In this document: positions 1 through 5,950 of the stretch, in pieces | How positions within the stretch are numbered: the stretch's first letter is position 1 | How the letters are laid out: each line of letters opens with the position of its first letter | IMG/VR virus record: IMGVR_UViG_3300022719_000208 | Coordinates: 1-39,310 of that record | Reading direction: 5' to 3' (one strand) | DNA length: 39,310 nucleotides | DNA from: a virus | Lineage: Duplodnaviria; Caudoviricetes | Notes under the pieces: generated by a model | The model's database searches: none | What the model was told of the DNA's origin: nothing | The model's input: the letters and a program-made list of their open reading frames with translations, nothing else | Made by a program: the position numbers and the translations under genes

Positions 1-139
1 CGTGATCGGGGAAGATGGTTAGCTCAAAATCGGTATGATTACTACCAGATAAAATTTCTTCCGCCTCAGGGCTTGATTCGAGCAGTTGAAGTATTTCTCG
101 AATGCCCTTTATCATTATTTTCTCGTGTTTAGAATCCAT
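1..139 (-). CDS. Small hypothetical protein, truncated by the window edge (MDSKHEKIMIKGIREILQLLESSPEAEEILSGSNHTDFELTIFPDH...)
   Basis: Hand translation; ATG at 139 preceded by GAGAGGG. Open to position 1; if the window is circular it continues DEKRILNKS and stops at 39282. Confidence 0.6.
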   Translation of the reverse strand, partial: MDSKHEKIMIKGIREILQLLESSPEAEEILSGSNHTDFELTIFPDH

Positions 140-176
140 GTTTTTTCCCTCTCTTTAGATTTTCTGTTTTGGCCGA

Positions 177-314
177 TCATGAAAACAGCGCCCCAGCAAT
201 CAGCACGAAAAGCACTGCGGCGGTGAGCAGCAAATGGCATAGCGGCGTCAACCCCTCGCCACCCTCCAGCTCCGCGTAGATTTTTCGCCTAATCCGCTTA
301 ACTGCTTGATTCAT
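177..314 (-). CDS. 45-aa small membrane protein (MNQAVKRIRRKIYAELEGGEGLTPLCHLLLTAAVLFVLIAGALFS)
   Basis: Hand translation; AGGAGG RBS, ATGA overlap with the upstream ORF stop, C-terminal hydrophobic helix. Confidence 0.65.
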   Translation of the reverse strand: MNQAVKRIRRKIYAELEGGEGLTPLCHLLLTAAVLFVLIAGALFS

Positions 315-475
315 CTTTTCCTCCTCGCCTTAAATTTGGTGGCAGACTCCGCGTCCCCGAGATATGTCAACAGGAGAAAAACGGGGAGTGGTGCAGAGCC
401 TGCCGTTTTTATTTGAGTTATTAGACGCTCCTGCTCCCGAAAAATCAGCATTTGATCGTCGTAGGTTTTACTCAT
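311..475 (-). CDS. Hypothetical protein (54 aa, MSKTYDDQ...)
   Basis: ATG at 475 overlaps the TGA of ORF 472-1170, and its own stop overlaps the next start (translational coupling). Confidence 0.6.
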   Translation of the reverse strand: MSKTYDDQMLIFREQERLITQIKTAGSAPLPVFLLLTYLGDAESATKFKARRKR

Positions 476-1170
476 TTTCGATCCGCAACTAATTTTAATA
501 ACAAATCTCGTTGCGATTGCCACGCGGCAGCGCGGGCGGCGGCGGAATCAGTGGCGGCTTTGGCTTCGGCGGCATCGGCGGCAGTACTGGCGGCAAGGGC
601 GGCGTCATAGGCTGCAGCACGGGAGGCATCGACGACGGCACTGGCGGCATAGGTGACGGTACGAGCGGCAGAACTGGCGGCAAGGGCGGCGGTACGAGCG
701 GCGGAACTGGTGGCATAGGCGGCATCGGCGGCGGCATCGAACAATTCAGATGCCGGCTGTTTGCCACTATTTATCCATCGCCTGTAGAGCCTAGCCACAC
801 GCAAAAGTTCGCTGCCGCTTGCAAATCTAATCACGCCTATTGTTGGATCGACAAGCAAGGCATGAGCAAACCTGGGCCAGGTTAATGACAAATCTGTATT
901 GGTAGGTATTGCTTCGACGAACTGACGCGGGAATGTTTTAGCCTCTGCGTCGGGGAGGCCTTCGAAAATGGCATCGACGACGAAAACTACCCTAACGTCG
1001 ATGCCGATTAGGTTCGCTAGTTTTAGGTGGTCGTTACCATGGACTAAGCACCCCACCGCGCAGCCCTTCCCGTTTTGCCAATAAACCCCCTTCGCGATTT
1101 CGTCGGCGCGCTCATGCGCCGCGATCCGATCCAGCAGCATTTGTTTTGTTTCTTTGCTAAATGTTTTCAT
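472..1170 (-). CDS. Phage hypothetical protein with YW...GCAVGC N-terminal domain and Ala-rich repetitive C-terminus (copy 1)
   Basis: 232-aa ORF with ATGA overlaps at both ends; paralog at 2104-2790 is conserved in this frame. Confidence 0.8.
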   Translation of the reverse strand: MKTFSKETKQMLLDRIAAHERADEIAKGVYWQNGKGCAVGCLVHGNDHLKLANLIGIDVRVVFVVDAIFEGLPDAEAKTFPRQFVEAIPTNTDLSLTWPRFAHALLVDPTIGVIRFASGSELLRVARLYRRWINSGKQPASELFDAAADAAYATSSAARTAALAASSAARTVTYAASAVVDASRAAAYDAALAASTAADAAEAKAATDSAAARAAAWQSQRDLLLKLVADRK

Positions 1171-2078
1171 TCTATATATCCCCCTGCAAACCCGCGGGCG
1201 GGATCACCGTAGGTGTCGATTAAACCATTGGGTGGCGCCCAGCGAAAAAACTCTTCGATCGTTGCGGCCCGGCCCGAGACGACAATTTTTTGCCGGCCAT
1301 CCGGGCAATCAATCGGGCCGGCAATGTAATCCATGAGATTTTGTGCAGCAGCTTCGGGCAGTTCGGGGACCAGAGGGCCGCGCATATCCCGCACTACGGC
1401 GCGGTCCGAAAACCAAATGCAATCCGCCCGACCCAATCGGTCGATCGCGGCATCTATATCCGCGCGCAGACTCGACTCCGAACGCCCCCGGTGTTGGGCC
1501 CGCACAGCCAAGCGAAATTCTGCTAACTGGGCCGGCTCTACGCCGGGACACAGCCCCGCATAGGCCGCGCGCAGGCAGTGGTCGGCCGCTGCAGATATCA
1601 CTAGGTCTGAGGGTATGATCACCCAGCGGGCTCCTGCACCGACCACCCAGCGGCCCTCCGCGTACCTCACGTCTCCTGGGTCGTACTGGCCAAGGGGGGT
1701 ATGATCCCTGTCCCACACCCTAGGCAGCCGCCCGCGCCTAGCCAAGTACAACACCACCTGCCCCAGCGACGACGCGGGGAAAAAATCTCGGGGGCTCCGC
1801 CCATACCCACGATCACCCGGGCGGTGATGGTCGAAGAAAACATGGTTTTTCGCTGGAGCTGGAGGGGCGCATTCCACCCAATAGACCGTGGATGCGCGAT
1901 CTATATCATCCGCGCGGTACGCGTTACCAGCATGTACGCGCCGGCCGTCCGCCGTTGCGTACACGACGTTTTCCCCTTCCCGGCGCAGTAGAGAGTCAAT
2001 GCGCTCCATTTCCGGGTCCGGGGCGCCCAGCGCCCAGACCCGCGGGAGGGTTAGGGCGCATTTTGTTTTGTTTTTCAT
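1167..2078 (-). CDS. Hypothetical protein with DHH-phosphoesterase-like motifs
   Basis: 303-aa ORF with CAGGAG RBS; motifs LGAPDPEM, WVEC, FFDHHRPGD, SSLGQV, AAADHCL; visibly more GC-rich than the late arm. Confidence 0.6.
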   Translation of the reverse strand: MKNKTKCALTLPRVWALGAPDPEMERIDSLLRREGENVVYATADGRRVHAGNAYRADDIDRASTVYWVECAPPAPAKNHVFFDHHRPGDRGYGRSPRDFFPASSLGQVVLYLARRGRLPRVWDRDHTPLGQYDPGDVRYAEGRWVVGAGARWVIIPSDLVISAAADHCLRAAYAGLCPGVEPAQLAEFRLAVRAQHRGRSESSLRADIDAAIDRLGRADCIWFSDRAVVRDMRGPLVPELPEAAAQNLMDYIAGPIDCPDGRQKIVVSGRAATIEEFFRWAPPNGLIDTYGDPARGFAGGYIE

Positions 2079-2103
2079 CTTTTATTCTCCTGCTTTCCGC
2101 GGT

Positions 2104-2790
2104 TCATGAACCGCGGCCCCATTGAAGCTTCTCCTGTCTCATTAATTTTAAAATTAAATCCCGTTGTGATTGCCAAGCGGTGGCAAGGGCGGCATAGGCG
2201 GCGGAACTGGTGGCAAGGGCGGCGTCATAGGCGGTATCGCCGACGGTACGAGCGGCGGCACCGGCGGCATAGGCGGCGGTACGAGCGGCGGAACTGGCGG
2301 CAAGGGCGGCGGCATAGCCGGTATCGCCGACGGTACGAGCGGCGGCACCGGCGGCATAGGCGGCGGTACGAGTGGCGGAACTGGTGGCATAGGCGGCATC
2401 GGCGGCGGCGGCGAACAATTCAGAAGCCGGCTGTTTGCCATTGAAGATCCATCGCCTGTAGAGCCTAGCCACATTGTTGATTTCCTTGCCGCTTTCAAAT
2501 CTAACCACGCCTATTTTTTTATCTGCCAAGATCGCATAGGCGAATCTCGGCCAAGTCAACGCTAAATCTGTATCGGTAGGTATTGCTGCGATAAATTGAC
2601 GCGGGAATGTGTTAGCCTCTGCGTCGGGGAGGCCCTCGAATATTCTATCGACGACGAATGCTATCCTGACGTCGATGCCGATTAGGTTGGCTAGTTGGCT
2701 GCGGTCATCACTCACGATTTCGTCGGCCCGCTCATGCGCCGCGATCCGATCCAACAACATTTGTTTTGTTTCTTCGCTGAATGTCTTCAT
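2104..2790 (-). CDS. Paralog of 472-1170 (copy 2), Ala-rich C-terminus, lacking the GCAVGC motif
   Basis: Start MKTFSEETKQ at 2790 with CAGGAG RBS; near-identical segments to copy 1 at protein and DNA level. Confidence 0.8.
   Translation of the reverse strand: MKTFSEETKQMLLDRIAAHERADEIVSDDRSQLANLIGIDVRIAFVVDRIFEGLPDAEANTFPRQFIAAIPTDTDLALTWPRFAYAILADKKIGVVRFESGKEINNVARLYRRWIFNGKQPASELFAAAADAAYATSSATRTAAYAAGAAARTVGDTGYAAALAASSAARTAAYAAGAAARTVGDTAYDAALATSSAAYAALATAWQSQRDLILKLMRQEKLQWGRGS
2198..2389. repeat. 87-bp (29-aa) internal tandem duplication in the Ala-rich domain of copy 2
   Basis: ggtatcgccgacggtacgagcggcggcaccggcggcataggcggcggtacgag starts at 2233 and at 2320; RTAAYAAGAAARTVGDT occurs twice. 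Outer boundaries approximate. Confidence 0.85.
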
Positions 2791-2840
2791 TTTATTTCTC
2801 CTGTTTTGGGGTTGAATTTCGTAGCAATCTACCGGTTTTT

Positions 2841-3080
2841 TTAAAACCACACGTGGCTAATTTTTTTCAGTGTTTTTTGGGCGTCCCGGAGGTATCGCCG
2901 GGCTTCTTCTATCGTGCGTGCCTGGACGTGCACGCGATCTGAACCGACTAGCCAGCCCGCAATGAGACAGCCTCTATCGTCCAGCCATTGAGCTCGGCAA
3001 TCGGTCCAAACGCCGTACGGCAGGACCGTAGTACGGCCGTTGACTATTTGTGCCCATTTTTTGGGAGTTGTTGTTTTCAT
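2841..3080 (-). CDS. Hypothetical protein (79 aa), first gene of a leftward operon
   Basis: ATG with CAGGAGAATAAAAG leader directly downstream of the predicted promoter. Confidence 0.75.
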   Translation of the reverse strand: MKTTTPKKWAQIVNGRTTVLPYGVWTDCRAQWLDDRGCLIAGWLVGSDRVHVQARTIEEARRYLRDAQKTLKKISHVWF

Positions 3081-3114
3081 CTTTTATTCTCCTGTTTTTT
3101 TGATCACAACTCAA

Positions 3115-3142
3115 ACTATATATTGAATATCGGCCAGGTCAA
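3115..3142 (-). promoter_or_regulatory. Sigma70-type leftward promoter TTGACC-N16-TATAGT
   Basis: Two hexamers each matching consensus at 5/6, about 35 bp upstream of the ATG at 3080. Confidence 0.6.
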
Positions 3143-3514
3143 GCAATTGTTGCGGTATTTCTGGTAAGTTTTTTGCGACTTCCTACTAAGGCGTGATATA
3201 TCCCCTAATTCCATATCTAATTCCCCACAAAAAAATCAAACCGCCGCAAATCCCACAAAACCGCACTCCACAACCCTTCCATATAATATCCCCCAAAAAA
3301 ATCCCACACAATCAATCAACCAGATCGTTTGCCAAACGTTCCACCCCTGCTATCGTTCCGGCCCCTATCGGGCCCGTCACTCCGGACGCAGACCACCGCT
3401 GGACCCCGTCCCGCTGGACCTCGCACCGTGATAGGTGGCGGGTCCCCCCGGTTCCGACTCGTATCGTATAGTATTGACCCCGTATCTCGGAAATGGGTAT
3501 AGGATTAGGATTGG

Positions 3515-3559
3515 TTACGGTTTAGGCGTTTACGGTTTAGCCGTTTTCGGTTTTACGGT
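3515..3559. repeat. Degenerate 15-bp tandem repeat (ttacggtttaggcgt / ttacggtttagccgt / tttcggttttacggt)
   Basis: Read directly; short inverted repeats acgg..ccgt and ccg-tttt-cgg. Confidence 0.6.
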
Positions 3560-3649
3560 TTGGTGCCACTCCCCAGCAGGCATCTTACCCCCACCGGCTT
3601 TGCCACCTCCCCAGCCTAGGGTTAATTTTGTTAAATTTCAAGCATTTTA

Positions 3650-3907
3650 TCAATTATAGGATTGTGCTAGGATGGAGGTTGCTTGTTTTGCCAGGGTTAG
3701 GACATTTATATTTGGATCGAAATTTAGGAGGTAATTTTGGACGCGGAGTTTTTGTTTAGTTGTTAACCAATTTATCGATGCGGCGAGGCAATTTCGTATT
3801 TCTTCGTACTCGTTTGCGGGTAGATTTTTAGGCAGTGGGTTTTGAAAATTATTTGTAAGAACAATCCAAAAACACCAAGCCATCCTTTTTAAAATTATTG
3901 CTTCCAA
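3650..3907 (-). CDS. Hypothetical protein (85 aa)
   Basis: ORF track; packs with neighbouring leftward ORFs; TTG start uncertain. Confidence 0.5.
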   Translation of the reverse strand: MEAIILKRMAWCFWIVLTNNFQNPLPKNLPANEYEEIRNCLAASINWLTTKQKLRVQNYLLNFDPNINVLTLAKQATSILAQSYN

Positions 3908-3920
3908 GGACTAGAAATCC

Positions 3921-4145
3921 TTAACTAGCATCAAGATCCTCAGAGTTTTTGCTCTTAGGGTTTTTGGTAATGTTATAGATGGGGAAGGTTTTTTCAACCA
4001 TACCGAGGGCACGAAAGTGCATTGCCATATCATTTTTAGCTAGTAAGAGTTCTTTTCCGTTCCAAAAATAATCACCACGGCGGGGGCAGCGGTACAAATC
4101 GGCGAATTCGATCAGAGGAGGATGGCTCTTTCTTGGTCTTCCCAT
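3921..4145 (-). CDS. Hypothetical protein (74 aa) with N-terminal MGRPRK (AT-hook-like) motif
   Basis: ORF track; ATG start, GGAAGGA upstream. Confidence 0.55.
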   Translation of the reverse strand: MGRPRKSHPPLIEFADLYRCPRRGDYFWNGKELLLAKNDMAMHFRALGMVEKTFPIYNITKNPKSKNSEDLDAS

Positions 4146-4641
4146 AATGATTTGGACTAAAGGTCCTTCCTTTCGGTTCTAGGTTCCTAGGTTCTAGGTT
4201 CCTAGGTTCTAGGTTCCTAGGTTCTAGGGTTCTAATAGAGGACAAAATTTCTCCTAAAGAACTTGCTCCATAGGAGCGTGTCCCATAGGAGCGTGTCCCA
4301 TAGGGACTTGTCCCATAGGGACTTGTCCCATAGGGACTTGTCCCATAATATTTTCTTTTTGTTTTTGTGTCTATGGAAAAAAGTATTTGGGTGGCAAGTC
4401 GGTAGGGATCTTTTTCTTGGTGGGCGTGTACTTTCTTGGCAATTCGTTGACGAAGCTTTCTCTCAAACTTATTTCTTTTCCACTTACGGATTTCCCGCGT
4501 GCGGATTTCCCGCGTGCGGATTTCCCGCGTGCGGATTTCCCGCGTACGGATTTTCTGCGATGGAGTTATGAGTTCTGCTTCTCTTTCCAGCCGCCGCAAG
4601 CGTTTATCTTGTTTTTCCAGTAATCTCTTAATCACACTCAT
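4072..4641 (-). CDS. Basic hypothetical protein containing three pentapeptide arrays (EIRTR, YGTSP/YGTRS, LEPRN)
   Basis: 189-aa ORF with GAGG RBS; all three 15-bp arrays keep the frame. Confidence 0.6.
   Translation of the reverse strand: MSVIKRLLEKQDKRLRRLEREAELITPSQKIRTREIRTREIRTREIRTREIRKWKRNKFERKLRQRIAKKVHAHQEKDPYRLATQILFSIDTKTKRKYYGTSPYGTSPYGTSPYGTRSYGTRSYGASSLGEILSSIRTLEPRNLEPRNLEPRNLEPKGRTFSPNHYGKTKKEPSSSDRIRRFVPLPPPW
4175..4228. repeat. 15-bp tandem array ggttctaggttccta x3.6; hairpin CTAGG-TT-CCTAG
   Basis: Read directly. Confidence 0.95.
4261..4347. repeat. 15-bp tandem array acttgtcccataggg and variants x5.8; hairpins GCTCC-ATA-GGAGC and GTCCC-ATA-GGGAC
   Basis: Read directly. 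Confidence 0.95.
4487..4553. repeat. 15-bp tandem array cggatttcccgcgtg x4.5; hairpin CCGC-GT-GCGG
   Basis: Read directly. Confidence 0.95.
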
Positions 4642-4656
4642 AAAAAACCTCGGCTC

Positions 4657-4701
4657 TAAAAGCCTTTGGCTTAAAAGCCTTTGGCTTTAAAGCCCTTGGT
4701 G
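4657..4701. repeat. 15-bp tandem array taaaagcctttggct x2 plus a degenerate third copy; hairpin AAGCC-TTT-GGCTT
   Basis: Read directly; intergenic, just upstream of the ORF 4641 start. Confidence 0.9.
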
Positions 4702-4736
4702 CATACCCCCCCTACCCCCCATTGAAACACGAAAAT

Positions 4737-4774
4737 CTGCAAGCAGCAAACTGCACGCAGCAAACTGCACGCAG
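4737..4774. repeat. 14-bp tandem array ctgca(a/c)gcagcaaa x2.7; hairpin CTGC-AA/AC-GCAG
   Basis: Read directly; intergenic. Confidence 0.9.
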
Positions 4775-4911
4775 GAATGTGTTCTTCAGTGGAGCAGTAG
4801 GGGGGTGACCTCGGCCTTCCTTTGTTTTACTTCGCTTCAGCCGCCTAGCCCCCTGCGAAGGAGAAACTATTTTTCATCTAACGTGAGAAATCAAAAAGCA
4901 CGACAGATTGC

Positions 4912-5027
4912 CCGCAAGCGGATACTCCGCAAGCGGATACTCCGCAAGCGGATACTCCGCAAGCGGATACTCCGCAAGCGGATACTCCGCAAGCGGGAGC
5001 CCGCAAGCGGGAGCCCGCAAGCGGGAG
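4912..5027. repeat. Tandem array of 8 hairpin units: ccgcaagcggatact (15 bp) x5, then ccgcaagcgggagc (14 bp) x3
   Basis: Read directly; stems TCCGC-AA-GCGGA and CCCGC-AA-GCGGG. Confidence 0.97.
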
Positions 5028-5089
5028 GCTGTAGTCCTAGGTATATTCAAACAAAAACGAAACGCAAGAAATTTTTCTACTATTTTCGC

Positions 5090-5117
5090 TTGACATAAAA
5101 CTCCACTTCGCTATTTT
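5090..5117 (+). promoter_or_regulatory. Candidate sigma70 rightward promoter TTGACA-N16-TATTTT
   Basis: Perfect -35 and 4/6 -10, with AT-rich sequence upstream, ahead of the packaging operon. Confidence 0.5.
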
Positions 5118-5159
5118 GATTTTATCTCTTGTATGGCATCCATATCCGCCCCCCTATGG

Positions 5160-5202
5160 GCCCTGTGCCGTCTTTCCTTTCGACACGGGGCTCTTTTATT
5201 TT
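5160..5202 (+). terminator. Terminator/attenuator-like hairpin plus T tract in the leader of terS
   Basis: gccctgtgccg pairs with cgacacggggc (one mismatch, one G-U), followed by tcttttatttt. Confidence 0.5.
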
Positions 5203-5251
5203 GACTTCATTCCGTTGTAATTTTTCTTTTTTTGTTATAAATTCATTCTCT

Positions 5252-5950
5252 ATGGCCAAATTACCCAAAATTAATCTTACCGGAAAAGAGATCGAAGCTT
5301 TTTGTTGGGGCCTGACAAAAACAGATAAAAGCTTTTCCGATACTGACTTATCGCTAAATCAGAAGTTACAAAAAGCAGGAATTAGCAAAGATCAATATTT
5401 GGATTATTTGGCAAACAATCCAACCATTCGAGATCGTGCCGTTGAGGTTGCTATTGACCGCTATTTGTTGCCCTCGATTGGCTCTATTGTTAGAAATATT
5501 CGCGATCAAGCCGTAAAGGGTAAAAATCCAGCAGCTATTTCCCAGGCATTAACTATGCTAGGAAGTGTGACAAAGTTGCTAAAATCCAAGGGTGCAAGCT
5601 CCCAAGAAGGGTCAAAACACGTTCATTTGCACATTAAGTCATTGCAGGATAAGGATTTAGTGTCAAAAATGAAGGAAATTCGATCTCGACGTGAAGAGGT
5701 TATTTCTGCTTTACCAGAAGATATTCGTGCAGAATTTCAAGAGGGTGGTATGGTTTCACAAATAGCTAATAGTGATCGAACGATTTTGGAAGAAATGCGA
5801 TCTGAGCGTGAATCAAAAAAAACCATCAACAACGACCAACAAGAGACCCCCACAAAAGAGCCCCCTCAAGGAGGGAGCCCTCAAGGAGGGAGCCCTCAAG
5901 GAGGGAGCCCTCAAGGAAAAGTTTCGAAGAAAAAAACTAACCAGAGCTGA
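5252..5950 (+). CDS. terS: Putative terminase small subunit
   Basis: Immediately upstream of and overlapping terL; helical, charged protein; likely start MAKLPKIN at 5252. Call is mostly positional. Confidence 0.55.
   Translation: MAKLPKINLTGKEIEAFCWGLTKTDKSFSDTDLSLNQKLQKAGISKDQYLDYLANNPTIRDRAVEVAIDRYLLPSIGSIVRNIRDQAVKGKNPAAISQALTMLGSVTKLLKSKGASSQEGSKHVHLHIKSLQDKDLVSKMKEIRSRREEVISALPEDIRAEFQEGGMVSQIANSDRTILEEMRSERESKKTINNDQQETPTKEPPQGGSPQGGSPQGGSPQGKVSKKKTNQS

Noticed and set aside
511-2565. Gly-rich + strand ORFs (511-885, 2170-2565) and Pro-rich or Arg-rich alternative frames
   Set aside because: Shadows of GCC-rich Ala codons; the Ala frame has RBSs, start/stop coupling and a conserved globular domain.
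472-2790. The two paralogs as a DGR template/variable repeat pair
   Set aside because: Differences include indels and changes at all four bases rather than adenine-specific ones; no reverse transcriptase.
4175-5027. Palindromic repeats as a CRISPR array, given the Cas4-like gene
   Set aside because: Units are 14-15 bp and directly adjacent with no unique spacers; no cas1/cas2.
4263-5098. + strand ORFs made of repeats (4263-4571, 4387-4623, 4499-4690, 4805-5098, 4908-5093)
   Set aside because: They are open mainly because the repeats lack stop codons; several overlap a better-supported minus-strand gene, and the 14-bp units change frame.
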